From the IMG/VR virus record IMGVR_UViG_3300020474_000007, positions 10,498 through 74,497 of that record: a DNA stretch of 64,000 nucleotides, one strand, 5' to 3'. A model generated the notes under the pieces. It did no database searches and was not told where the DNA came from. It saw only the letters and a program-made list of their open reading frames with translations. The stretch's first letter is position 1. Every line of letters starts with the position of its first letter. This DNA is from a virus. Shown piece by piece: positions 40,507-50,283 of the stretch. The position numbers and the translations under genes are program-made.

Positions 40507-41279
40507 TTGTTGTTCCTTATTTCATGATATATTTTAATGTTATTAATTTTTTTTACTGCGTATTTGTTATTGATGCCTTTTATGTCAAATTTTAATTTTA
40601 TTAGTTCGTTCAACGCTTCAAATATAAACTTCTTTTTGTAACTTTCTCCTGATACTATATTCCAAAGGCTCTGTATTATTTCTTCATTGTGCAAAAAAAT
40701 TATTTCAGACCAACATTTAGAAGCTCCAAAAGAAAAGTATTCCACGCATATGTCTTCATTTACATTTGCTCCTATGTCTAACTGCTCGTTTTGATCTTCT
40801 ATGAAAATGCACGAATGTTGCATATTATCATTTCTTAAAGTTTTATAGTCAAATAATAAATTTCCATTCATTAAGAATAATTTTTTGTTATTGATGTTGT
40901 TCAAACAAAGTCTTAAAGCTTCACACGAATTTGTTTCTGAGAATAATTGATTTTCTACAATTCTAATATCTAAATTTTTATATTTTGATTTAATATATCT
41001 TGTTATTTTATCTGCTTCAAATCCCACACACAAAACTATTTCTGCCTGTGAAAATACTTTGTTTATAGACGATATCTGTACATCTATTAATCTGTACCTT
41101 GCTGTTATGGGAAGTAATGCTGCTGGACCATAAGATTTCATTCTATAGCCCGGAGTGTCAGATATCAAGGCTATAGAAACTGGATCTTCTATTATTTTAG
41201 TTTTGGTTTTTGATTTTTGCTTGTTTCTTGCTGTAGTTACACAACGAGTCTTCATAGATTTATTCCTAAAGTTCCACAA
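40503..41279 (-). CDS. nucleotidyltransferase-like protein (NTP_transferase/LicC-like)
   Basis: PGYRMKSYGPAALLPI...LIDVQI...IVLCVGF...IVEN..F..TN...L.L.... Confidence 0.7.
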   Translation of the reverse strand: MWNFRNKSMKTRCVTTARNKQKSKTKTKIIEDPVSIALISDTPGYRMKSYGPAALLPITARYRLIDVQISSINKVFSQAEIVLCVGFEADKITRYIKSKYKNLDIRIVENQLFSETNSCEALRLCLNNINNKKLFLMNGNLLFDYKTLRNDNMQHSCIFIEDQNEQLDIGANVNEDICVEYFSFGASKCWSEIIFLHNEEIIQSLWNIVSGESYKKKFIFEALNELIKLKFDIKGINNKYAVKKINNIKIYHEIRNNK

Positions 41280-41985
41280 TAGTGTTTTTTTCTTTGAAAT
41301 AACTCAGTACATCTTCAACATTATGTTCATGACTGATACATCCGTTCCTATTACCTATGGTGGTATAAGCAAGGTTAGAAACATACCATGTGTTCTTGTA
41401 TTTAAAACATCCTGATTGTATACAGTCTGTATTGTAAGCATCGTTGATTTTTTGCATGTCTAATTCTTGATCAGAGTTTTCTATCTCTGCTATAAAAGAG
41501 TATTTGCCCTTTACTGCTTTCTTGAATTTTTCTATACTCTTTATATCACTAACAGTTACAAGTGGGTTTTTATCCTTCATTGTTGGTGATTCATAAACTT
41601 TTTTTGCGTAATTTAAATTTTTTGGAGATGCAAAAATATGAGTTGTAACTTTCTCTGGAAAATCATATTCCCAATTAATTTTCTCTACGTCTTCCTTCGT
41701 CATTTTATCTAAGTCTACAATAACGTAAAAAGATAAAGCAACTTCTTGTTGGATATTAGATGGATCGTATTCAACCCCGTCTGCGTTTTTTTTATGCCTG
41801 ATATAATTACATAAACCATTAATTACAAAAAAAGATTTATCATCGTCATATGCGTCAAAATGGTCAAGTTTTTCTAACCTGTCAAACTTGCAACCAATTT
41901 GCACATCTTCTTGGTAAACTGCAAATATACATTCCTTGCAGCTTGTTTTAATAGGGTTATTATTGTCTGACTGCTGAGATTTCAT
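41266..41985 (-). CDS. hypothetical protein with N-terminal Cys cluster
   Basis: TSCKECIFA...GC...GLC. Confidence 0.6.
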   Translation of the reverse strand: MKSQQSDNNNPIKTSCKECIFAVYQEDVQIGCKFDRLEKLDHFDAYDDDKSFFVINGLCNYIRHKKNADGVEYDPSNIQQEVALSFYVIVDLDKMTKEDVEKINWEYDFPEKVTTHIFASPKNLNYAKKVYESPTMKDKNPLVTVSDIKSIEKFKKAVKGKYSFIAEIENSDQELDMQKINDAYNTDCIQSGCFKYKNTWYVSNLAYTTIGNRNGCISHEHNVEDVLSYFKEKNTIVEL

Positions 41986-42373
41986 ACTGGATACCTTTAA
42001 CCTGTACTGATGTAATGATCATTCCTTTATTAGACAATTTTTTTCTTACAGAAGAGAGAGATCTTGTGTTCTTAAATTTAGTGACAAAATCTGAAAATTC
42101 TTCATCATTTACTTGTTTGGATAAATAGTGTTGACACAAAGCATCTAAATCTACACCTATTAGGTTGATCTGTCCTCCTTTTCGGATGAGGTTGCTAACG
42201 TCTTCTACAACGTCTACATCTGGATTGCAACTTTCAATAGCGTGGTCACAAACAAGGTGCGAGCATGAATTATTGGGGAGTTCTGCTAGCCTGTATGTTC
42301 CCTGTATAATAGGGATGGCAGTGTATCCTTCGATTCCTTTTTCTAAATTTGAAGTCATTATCGCCTTAATCAT
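41960..42373 (-). CDS. short SAM-methyltransferase-like protein
   Basis: NSCSHLVCDHAIE...LIRKGGQINLIGVD resembles the C-terminal half of a class I methyltransferase. Confidence 0.5.
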   Translation of the reverse strand: MIKAIMTSNLEKGIEGYTAIPIIQGTYRLAELPNNSCSHLVCDHAIESCNPDVDVVEDVSNLIRKGGQINLIGVDLDALCQHYLSKQVNDEEFSDFVTKFKNTRSLSSVRKKLSNKGMIITSVQVKGIQYEISAVRQ

Positions 42374-42810
42374 CTGTTCACCTCATAAGTAGTTTCTATA
42401 ATTCCACGCCAGTAAGCCACAAAGTCTTCATCGAAACTCTTTAGATCGTCAGCTAAGACTATATACTGATTACCTTGATCTGATATTTCATTGTTTGTGT
42501 TTAGTTGTATAATTGGGGTGTCTACTGCTTTATGTACATCCTGAACAATATCTTGAGGAAAGGCTGTACTTCCGACAATCATCAAGTCATAATCGACTTC
42601 TGGAGACACATAGTGTAGAGGTAGAATGTATAAATTTTCTGGCCTGTTTTCGTACACTCCCGATTCTTCAAGTTTAAACTTGTAAAAATTGTGTTCAGTT
42701 TTACAAAGAGCTAGATCTAATTCTTTATCTACAGAAAGTAAAAGCACGTTAAGAGTTTGCTTTCTCTCAGAATTAGCTTGTTTTATATATTTACAAACCA
42801 CATTATTCAT
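42370..42810 (-). CDS. short hypothetical protein, possibly a reduced GT-B protein
   Basis: VDYDLMIV and a terminal FDEDFVAYWRGII resemble GT4 segments, but the protein is only 146 aa. Confidence 0.4.
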   Translation of the reverse strand: MNNVVCKYIKQANSERKQTLNVLLLSVDKELDLALCKTEHNFYKFKLEESGVYENRPENLYILPLHYVSPEVDYDLMIVGSTAFPQDIVQDVHKAVDTPIIQLNTNNEISDQGNQYIVLADDLKSFDEDFVAYWRGIIETTYEVNR

Positions 42811-43930
42811 TGATATACCTCGCCATCAAGTTTCCAATTTCTTTAAAATCGTTTATTTTTGCTCTTTCGTATCCTTTTTTCTTGTCTACTTTTCCTCTTG
42901 CGTTGTAATATTGTCTCATAGCTTTTTTAATTTCAGATTCGCTTGGGTGAAACCATTCTTCTCTACCAGTAGATAGCTCTGCAAACGCTGGATCTGAATG
43001 ATTACACACATCATACACCCCATTTATTAATGTCCCAGTGTTGTTATCTTCAGGATCTATAAAATCTCTTGGACCGCCCTCATTGCTACATATTGGAGTA
43101 TTTCCATAAATCATTGCTTCAAAAGATGGTATCGAGAATCCCTCTCCGTGAGAAGGTAATACAAAGCAATCTAGAGAAATGTGCAGTTTTTGTATGTCTT
43201 CAGATGGTATGAAATCTGATATAATAATTTCTTTTCTATAATCACTTAAACTAGGATACATCCTCATAGCTTTTTTGATTTCATTGCACTTGTGTTCTAC
43301 TATGTGTCCACAGGATTGAGGATTGATACCTGTTTTATGAACTTTTAAAACCAGTTCTACGTCCTCACCATTTTTAAACTCGCTGTGAAAACATCTTACA
43401 ACAGCGTCGAGATTTTTTCTATCGTTTAAATCTCCTATATAATAGAATTTAAAACTGCTAGGAGAACCCATACTCAATGATAACTGTGAATCTACATCGT
43501 ATGAAGAAATATCAAATGGGTGCGGTACTACTTTTACTGCCGGATCAGGTGCATTAAAACCATCGTTTAGCAGGCTGTCTTGATTACATCTAGATGGAAC
43601 CCAAACTTCATCGACAAGTTTCAGGTTGTTATACCAGCTCAAATGTTTAATTGTATTTGACTCAGTTGCAAAGTATGCTATATTCTTTTTAAATTTATCT
43701 GTGCCAACTATAAAGTGTGGCAAAACATGCTGTATGCAAACGTCTACATTATTAGATTTATGCATAGACATATCTACAATTTTTTGCGGAACTTCATGAT
43801 TAGTATCTGTTAATTTAACATTCCTACAGACAACATCAATACCTACACTGTTGAGTGCTAATACGTTATTTATTGCAGCTGTAGACCATCCAGAACCTTC
43901 TATAAAATGAGCTATATAGAGTACTTTCAT
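42803..43930 (-). CDS. glycosyltransferase family 4 (GT-B)
   Basis: FYYIGDLNDRKN...DCFVLPSHGEGFSIPSFEAM (E-x7-E). Confidence 0.9.
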   Translation of the reverse strand: MKVLYIAHFIEGSGWSTAAINNVLALNSVGIDVVCRNVKLTDTNHEVPQKIVDMSMHKSNNVDVCIQHVLPHFIVGTDKFKKNIAYFATESNTIKHLSWYNNLKLVDEVWVPSRCNQDSLLNDGFNAPDPAVKVVPHPFDISSYDVDSQLSLSMGSPSSFKFYYIGDLNDRKNLDAVVRCFHSEFKNGEDVELVLKVHKTGINPQSCGHIVEHKCNEIKKAMRMYPSLSDYRKEIIISDFIPSEDIQKLHISLDCFVLPSHGEGFSIPSFEAMIYGNTPICSNEGGPRDFIDPEDNNTGTLINGVYDVCNHSDPAFAELSTGREEWFHPSESEIKKAMRQYYNARGKVDKKKGYERAKINDFKEIGNLMARYINE

Positions 43931-45588
43931 TTTAGATTTTTCTCCACTCTTATGTTTTCCCAGTGATTGTGCCTATTGCATAACTGTACGAAATGATTAT
44001 AAGCAGAATTAAAATCAAAATTGTTTCTTATATTTGCTCCATCGTATGCAGCAGAACTTTCATTAAAGTACATTCCAGCAACAGAAGATGTTGTTGTTCT
44101 GTATAATAAATCTCTTGTTAATCTTGCTTCCATGTGAGTGTTCAGTTGTGATGGATCGCATAAAACTTCAGATATCAAAAATTTAGCTAATTGGCTATGA
44201 CTAACATTTTTAATTTTTTCTAAATCTGGCTTTGGTTGTGGCTTTCTAAATCTTGGAGGGGATCTCCACGTTGACTCCAAAGGTCTTACCTCTACGCTAT
44301 CGAAATAGTCTTCCCATTTTTTTCCCGACTTATCCCACTGAAAATGTTCTAAAAACTTTTGCCTAGTGTTAAATCCCATCTGCATTCTAATTGCCTGTGG
44401 TTTATCAAAGAATTCTTTGAGTTTTTCAGCTGTTAAATCATTATCTGGAACTGCTCTCATGCAACCCGTTTCCAATTCTTTATATAGAGCTTTTGGTTTT
44501 AAAGGTATCCCTTCTAATTTTCGTATAACAGTTTCCATAGCAGAATAATCAGTTCCCATCACAGGAACTCCGCAAGCAGCGGCTTCTACTTGTGGAAGAC
44601 CAAAACCTTCTGAGTTTGCATATTGAATATATATGTCGAATAGATTTATGATTCTTGATAGTTCTTCATACTTTGCGCCCTTTTTTACGTTACTCAGCGT
44701 GGCAGAAAACTTACCACTAAATGGAGACTCTGCTATAGCGCCTTTAAACAATGACGGGAAAGGTCTACCTGTATCATTGCACATATAGGTAAACAATATG
44801 TTGGATGAAAGTTTGTTTTGATGTATTAATTCTGGTATGTCCCAGCCCATATCTGGATAACTAGTGTGGCAGTACAGAAAATAATTTCTAGGATCTTCTA
44901 CAGAATCTAATAATTTTCTAAACGATTGAAATAAGTCTGGATAAAGTTTTCTTCTTTGATTTCTCATTACTGTGCCAATAATTTTAGCATCAACTGGTAT
45001 ACCACAAGCTTTTCTTAATTCGTCCCTGCTATCTATTGGCTGATACGCTGAGTGTGCAGACGGAGGCGAACTTCCCAGATAATTTATTTTATCCCCAGCC
45101 TGATTTTTCAAGACTTGCCCAGCCCAATCAGAATATGTTAAACACGCATCAGCAGAACTATATGTAGCTATCCACTGTCTAGCTTGAGGCATTGCGTCTA
45201 CGGTTGGCATGATACACCATTTAAAGAAATCTCTGAAAGGAGATCTTTGTTGATACTCTAGCATCCAAAAATCTCTAATGTCACAGACAATATCTGGCTC
45301 AAAATCTAGACAAGTTTCTTCAAATCTAAATTCTCCAAACTGATTTTGTGGAGTCTGATTATATTGGTCTTGAATATTTTTTGGATCTGATTCGTGGGGC
45401 ATGACTCCATAAAATTTCCAAGGAATGTCTTTAGCTCTGGGATCATTAGGCACTCCATAGCTCCCAAGTTCAGCTATTTCATATTTGCCAGTAGAATGCA
45501 AGTAATTCAATATCTCTCGCGTGTAGGTGGCATACCCAGTGTTAAGAAACGTAGACTCACTGCAAAATAAAATTCTTTTCTTTCGCAT
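43927..45588 (-). CDS. glycosyltransferase family 4 (GT-B)
   Basis: IGTVMRNQRRK...SEGFGLPQVEAAACGVP (E-x7-E). Confidence 0.9.
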   Translation of the reverse strand: MRKKRILFCSESTFLNTGYATYTREILNYLHSTGKYEIAELGSYGVPNDPRAKDIPWKFYGVMPHESDPKNIQDQYNQTPQNQFGEFRFEETCLDFEPDIVCDIRDFWMLEYQQRSPFRDFFKWCIMPTVDAMPQARQWIATYSSADACLTYSDWAGQVLKNQAGDKINYLGSSPPSAHSAYQPIDSRDELRKACGIPVDAKIIGTVMRNQRRKLYPDLFQSFRKLLDSVEDPRNYFLYCHTSYPDMGWDIPELIHQNKLSSNILFTYMCNDTGRPFPSLFKGAIAESPFSGKFSATLSNVKKGAKYEELSRIINLFDIYIQYANSEGFGLPQVEAAACGVPVMGTDYSAMETVIRKLEGIPLKPKALYKELETGCMRAVPDNDLTAEKLKEFFDKPQAIRMQMGFNTRQKFLEHFQWDKSGKKWEDYFDSVEVRPLESTWRSPPRFRKPQPKPDLEKIKNVSHSQLAKFLISEVLCDPSQLNTHMEARLTRDLLYRTTTSSVAGMYFNESSAAYDGANIRNNFDFNSAYNHFVQLCNRHNHWENIRVEKNLK

Positions 45589-45590
45589 CT

Positions 45591-45905
45591 TTAATCCTCA
45601 AATTCTGGATGACATAGATCAAACTCATTTATTCTAAATATCATCTGTGTATTTTCTTTTGACACATTCTTAGCTGTAGCTTGAAAAGTAATTTTAGTTC
45701 CCTCTACTGCGAACCTCTCTATAATTTCTGCTCCAGTGTGCCAAGCTTCGCACTTTAAATATACTGGTGTCCTGCTTTTATCCTTGCTATTTCTTACTTT
45801 TCTATAGTTGTAAATTACCACCACCAAATCTGCTTTCAGGACTTTATCAACCATGTATACATCTGGATTATTGACTAAATATCCAGTGAAGCAACAATTA
45901 TTCAT
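45591..45905 (-). CDS. ssb: single-stranded DNA-binding protein (OB fold, short)
   Basis: MN...TGYLVNNP...LKCEAW..GAE.I......GTKI matches the SSB pattern; AGGAG RBS. Confidence 0.7.
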   Translation of the reverse strand: MNNCCFTGYLVNNPDVYMVDKVLKADLVVVIYNYRKVRNSKDKSRTPVYLKCEAWHTGAEIIERFAVEGTKITFQATAKNVSKENTQMIFRINEFDLCHPEFED

Positions 45906-45953
45906 ATTCTCTCCTATCTTAGTATATTAGCTTGTACAAAACAAAAAAACAAT

Positions 45954-47519
45954 TTATATCTCATAAATTTTATCTATAATAAACGCATTATCTTTACCAG
46001 ATATTACTCCGCAGAATATAAGGTTATTACCTTCGTATAATATATACTTATATTTCTGTCTGACACTAGGAAACGCTATGACGCTATCTAGTACGCAAGT
46101 TTCATCTTCTATTGTAAGAAATGCCATAATTTTACCTTTAGAATCGCCCTTGGCTATAGTATAATCCGAGAGTCTTTGAAGGTTAGCAGCTACGCAAAGA
46201 CTTTTCCCCTTCTTTCCATTCACTATTTCCTTACATGTTGTGTTGGCGGCAGATTTATCGGATGTGTCAATTTTGTTCAGACTTATAGGACATCCAAGGC
46301 ATCTTGCCTCTTGATCTACTATCCAGTTAGGATCATCCTCAAGGTCGTATGGAGGGTCAACCAAAAGCTGTATTTCGTTTTCTACAGCTTGCTGTCTAGC
46401 AACTTTGCTAGTGCCTCCACCATTCTTCTTTGTAGGAGCTAGATCTTTAAGACATTCTGTAAAACTATTCCATCCTTTTAATTTATAGTTTGTTTGTATC
46501 CATTTTTGCTCTGCTTTAGTTAAAGTTCTAAATATGTCATATTCATATATAGCTCTATTTCTTGAAATACGTCCAACAAAATCCCTGAAAAAGCCAACAG
46601 ATGCTAAAGCTTTAAAAGCTGTAGAGCTAATTTTTGGAGCAAAGAATAATAATATTTCTAGCCAAGTAAATTTAACCATTGGTTTAGAAAGTTCTGACTC
46701 TGCCTCTTTTATTCCTTCCAATACCTTGTCACCTGTTTTTCCCGTGAGAGACTTAATATCCTTAATCCCAAAGTATATTTTCCCATCCTTTGTGTTAAAT
46801 TTTATATCAAAATTAGCCAAACTAGGAGTCCTTGCCTCAATATCAAATAGTTTAGCCTCAGAAATTAATTCGTATATTTCTTGGTGTGGGTCTTGTTTTT
46901 CATTAGCATAGTACAAGTAAGATAAAAAGAATTCTTCAGGATTATGCGCCTTTTGATAAGCGCTCCAGTAAGAACACACGGCGTATGAAATACTGTGAGA
47001 TTTGTTAAATGCATATCGGGAAGATGCTTGAATCCAGCCAAAGATTTCCTCTGCTTCTTCTTTGTTTACTGTGCCAATTTTCTTTGCGCCAGTAATGAAT
47101 TTTTTCTTAACCTTTGCCATAAGGTCTGCTTTTTTCTTGCCAATTGCTTTACGTAGCTCGTCCGCTTCTTCAAGATTAAATCCAGCAATCTTTTGAGCAA
47201 TACGCATAGATTGCTCTTGATAGACCAACACTCCATATGTAGGTAGTAGAATTTCTTCTAGCGCTTCGTGTAAGTACGTAACCTCTTCACGACCGTGTTT
47301 GCGATCAATAAAGTGTTGCGTCATAGATTTACCATCTACGAACGCTTTCAAACATCCGGGGCGAATAATAGCAATTAGTGCAGAAAGTTCTTCAATATTA
47401 TTTGGCGCTAGTTTTTTAGACCAAGATTTTCCAAGATTGCTTTCTAACTGAAAGACACCCTTGGTTTTTCCTTCTGAAAACAATCTCCAAGTTGCCTTAT
47501 CTCCATACTCATTTGACAT
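45954..47519 (-). CDS. dnaE: DNA polymerase III alpha, C-terminal part (fingers, HhH, OB)
   Basis: TKGVFQLES, AIIRPG, TYGVLVYQEQ, YAFNKSH, MAFLTIED. Likely start ATG 47519 (MSNEYGD). Confidence 0.92.
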   Translation of the reverse strand: MSNEYGDKATWRLFSEGKTKGVFQLESNLGKSWSKKLAPNNIEELSALIAIIRPGCLKAFVDGKSMTQHFIDRKHGREEVTYLHEALEEILLPTYGVLVYQEQSMRIAQKIAGFNLEEADELRKAIGKKKADLMAKVKKKFITGAKKIGTVNKEEAEEIFGWIQASSRYAFNKSHSISYAVCSYWSAYQKAHNPEEFFLSYLYYANEKQDPHQEIYELISEAKLFDIEARTPSLANFDIKFNTKDGKIYFGIKDIKSLTGKTGDKVLEGIKEAESELSKPMVKFTWLEILLFFAPKISSTAFKALASVGFFRDFVGRISRNRAIYEYDIFRTLTKAEQKWIQTNYKLKGWNSFTECLKDLAPTKKNGGGTSKVARQQAVENEIQLLVDPPYDLEDDPNWIVDQEARCLGCPISLNKIDTSDKSAANTTCKEIVNGKKGKSLCVAANLQRLSDYTIAKGDSKGKIMAFLTIEDETCVLDSVIAFPSVRQKYKYILYEGNNLIFCGVISGKDNAFIIDKIYEI

Positions 47520-48189
47520 ACAGGTTCCCATCGGCAAATGCTTTGTCAAGTTCAATGTTTTGATAGACTGCTCTATGAGTCTTCAATAATTTTATAAATA
47601 TATTAGCAGTATCTTTAACGTCTTGTAGTGCATCGTGGGCATTCTCTGTGCTTAATCCCATTCTTTCCCTGAGAGTGTCCATGCTGATTGATCTAATGCT
47701 AGGATCTCCCTCAGTCCACATATGCATATTATCCATAACGTCACATTTATGAATCTTGCTAAAGATTTTTTGTTGCTGTCTCGCATCGTCAAATGGTCCG
47801 TATTCTTTGCACAGCCTATTAATAATAACCATGTCAAAACCTATGATGTTAAATCCCACTGGAATTGGGTTAAAGAAAGGATCTTTTTTCCAGTTGTATT
47901 GGTCTACGAATGAGCAAAACTTTTTCCATACTGATTTTAAAGCTGGAGCCTTGGATAAAGCTTCTCTCGTTTTATTTGTAACCTTTAGAGCGCCATCCTC
48001 GATTGGGTCAAGACCAGCAGCAATAGCTTTGTCATCGTCGAGAATGGGTTTAATCTCGCTGTTAAAAGAACCTTTCATAGCTAGATTGCGACCATCTAGT
48101 GCAATTGCAGCAATTTGTGTAGGTTGTGTCGTAAGTGGATTTCGACTTCCTGTTTCAAAGTCAAATACAATAAAGTCTCTATTTGCCAT
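47509..48189 (-). CDS. DEDDh 3'-5' exonuclease (DnaQ/epsilon-like)
   Basis: ExoI VFDFETG, ExoII GFNIIGFD, ExoIII HDALQD. Confidence 0.9.
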   Translation of the reverse strand: MANRDFIVFDFETGSRNPLTTQPTQIAAIALDGRNLAMKGSFNSEIKPILDDDKAIAAGLDPIEDGALKVTNKTREALSKAPALKSVWKKFCSFVDQYNWKKDPFFNPIPVGFNIIGFDMVIINRLCKEYGPFDDARQQQKIFSKIHKCDVMDNMHMWTEGDPSIRSISMDTLRERMGLSTENAHDALQDVKDTANIFIKLLKTHRAVYQNIELDKAFADGNLYVK

Positions 48190-49753
48190 TAGTTAATTCC
48201 TTAATTTTCATTAGTTTGTCTAGAAGATTAATTCCTAGAACGTCAAATTTTACATGACCTAGTGCCTCTAGATCAGACATTTCTAATCCTGCTATTTTTT
48301 CTGTAGAACCTTTCTGTACTACCATTGGGCATACGTTTTTCAGTTTGTCTTTGGAAATGACAACTCCGGCAGCGTGTTTTCCCTGAGTTTTAAATGTGCC
48401 TTCAATTTCAATTGCTTGTTGAAAATACTCTGCATAATCACCATCGAGTTTACCATCATCAGTAATGTGGCAGAAGTCTCGCAGCTCATCTGCACGGTTT
48501 AGCAAAGACCATCTTATGATTGACCTGTCTTCACCGTCCATCTCTGCAAGTTGATCTGATATGTCTGCTTCATTTGGAACACTCTTAGTTATAGCATTCA
48601 TTTCACTAAAAGAACAAGCCTCATTAATCCGAAGAACTTCTTTTATTGCGCTTCGCCCTTGTAGTCTTCCAAAAGTAATCATCTGGCTGACATGTTCGTT
48701 TCCATATGTTTTTTTTAGATAGTCTATAACATCGTCGCGCTTTTTGCCCGGAACGTCCATGTCAATATCTGGTAGTGACACATGACCTCCAGTATTTCTA
48801 CCAGCGTTATAAAATCTTTCAAACAAAAGATCATGTTCTACTGGGTCAATCTTTGTTATACCAACTAAGTAGGAAATTAAGCAACCTGCGGCAGACCCTC
48901 TTCCCGGCCCAGCCAGCCAACCCATATCTTGTTCTACGTGGCGTATGATGTCTTGTACAATCAAGAAGTATCCAAACAAATCAGCGTCTTTGATGACCTG
49001 AAGTTCTTTTCTAAATCTGTCTCCATAAACTTGTTGTTTATCTTTGTCTTTTCCCACCTTTTGTTTTAAAAGTTTAGTATAGCCCTCTCTTGCCATGTTT
49101 GTTAAATAATCTTCTTGCGATAGATTGTTGGGACATACAAATTTTGGAAGCATGGGTGGATTAAGTATCTCGTATTCCTCACAAGAGTCGTATATGTATT
49201 CTAATTCTTTAGTTGTTTTCCCTTTGGTAATACACTTATCATCTTTAGAAAAATACTCTAGAATTTCTGTAGGCAAATCATTTTTTCTGATTTTAGTTTG
49301 TATTTTAGGCAAAGTGGTTTTAAGAGCAGAACATAATAACACCCTATGCAATACAGCTTGCTCTTTTTTGACATAATACGAAGGCTTAATATTGTCCTTT
49401 GATTGCTGTAGTGCTATTAAGTTGTTCCTGCTAATTATGTCTTTAGCTATATCTTTCGGTATATTGCCATTTTCACCTGTCATAGAAACCATTTGAATTA
49501 GGTCATGCCATCCATCTTTATTCTTAGCATACACAGTAGTGCTATCAAACGAGCAACCAATAATCGGCTTGATGCCAACATCTTTACAGGCTTGATGAAA
49601 AGATACTGCGCCAGATATAGATTTGTAATCTGTAATTCCACAGGCAGGATAATCGTTATCAGCGCACATCTTTGCAAGCTCGTTTGGCTTTGAGAATCCT
49701 CTAAGCAAACTGTAATGTGTAAAATTCTTCAATGGAAACCAATTCAAAATCAA
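48179..49753 (-). CDS. dnaE: DNA polymerase III alpha, N-terminal part (reduced PHP, palm, thumb)
   Basis: THYSLL, GITD, GPGRGSAAG, LLFERF, PDIDMD, GKHAAGVVI, KFDVLG. Confidence 0.92.
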   Translation of the reverse strand: MILNWFPLKNFTHYSLLRGFSKPNELAKMCADNDYPACGITDYKSISGAVSFHQACKDVGIKPIIGCSFDSTTVYAKNKDGWHDLIQMVSMTGENGNIPKDIAKDIISRNNLIALQQSKDNIKPSYYVKKEQAVLHRVLLCSALKTTLPKIQTKIRKNDLPTEILEYFSKDDKCITKGKTTKELEYIYDSCEEYEILNPPMLPKFVCPNNLSQEDYLTNMAREGYTKLLKQKVGKDKDKQQVYGDRFRKELQVIKDADLFGYFLIVQDIIRHVEQDMGWLAGPGRGSAAGCLISYLVGITKIDPVEHDLLFERFYNAGRNTGGHVSLPDIDMDVPGKKRDDVIDYLKKTYGNEHVSQMITFGRLQGRSAIKEVLRINEACSFSEMNAITKSVPNEADISDQLAEMDGEDRSIIRWSLLNRADELRDFCHITDDGKLDGDYAEYFQQAIEIEGTFKTQGKHAAGVVISKDKLKNVCPMVVQKGSTEKIAGLEMSDLEALGHVKFDVLGINLLDKLMKIKELTNGK

Positions 49754-50283
49754 ATCCTCTTTCTAAAAACTGCTAAGCCTTGTCCTTCTACAACCTTATC
49801 TATTACTTGATAGTGTTCTTCGACAACTCTGTAAGCACTTCTACATTCAGGCCAGTAATCGTGCATAAACATATAGCCATCGTCCGTGATATAATCTTTT
49901 ATAAACTTAGCACACTCAGGTCTAGCTCTTCCGTCAATTAAAACAGCATTAAATTTGGTCTTAAAAAATTGTGGATATTCAATGTAAGTTTTAAAATCTT
50001 TTGCTCTAGATGATGTATCTAATTCTTGCCAAGTGGTAGCTTTTATTCTATTTATATCAGGAGTCGCGTAATCCCTAGATACATGAGTTATATTTACATT
50101 CTGACCACAATTATTCTTAACCTTATTAAACCATTTCTCATCATGCTCTAATGAGTAATATTCGTTAACGTAGTTTGGAAAAAGTAACGTACTTCCTCCA
50201 CTTCCGTATTCTAACATAGAATAATAGGATTTCAAATATTTTAATATAGTCTGTATTTCTGTACTACTCATCCACGGTTGCAT
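49750..50283 (-). CDS. class I SAM-dependent methyltransferase
   Basis: MLEYGSGGST, YSLEHD, VLIDGRAR, MHDY. Start reassigned to ATG 50283 (GGAG RBS). Confidence 0.8.
   Translation of the reverse strand: MQPWMSSTEIQTILKYLKSYYSMLEYGSGGSTLLFPNYVNEYYSLEHDEKWFNKVKNNCGQNVNITHVSRDYATPDINRIKATTWQELDTSSRAKDFKTYIEYPQFFKTKFNAVLIDGRARPECAKFIKDYITDDGYMFMHDYWPECRSAYRVVEEHYQVIDKVVEGQGLAVFRKRI

Noticed and set aside
45906-45953. Possible sigma70 promoter upstream of ssb
   Set aside because: TATACT and an RBS are present, but there is no properly spaced -35, so it was not called.
45954-49753. Split intein or self-splicing intron in dnaE
   Set aside because: There are no intein terminal motifs and no non-coding space for intron structure. 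The intervening ORF is a DEDDh exonuclease, not a homing endonuclease.
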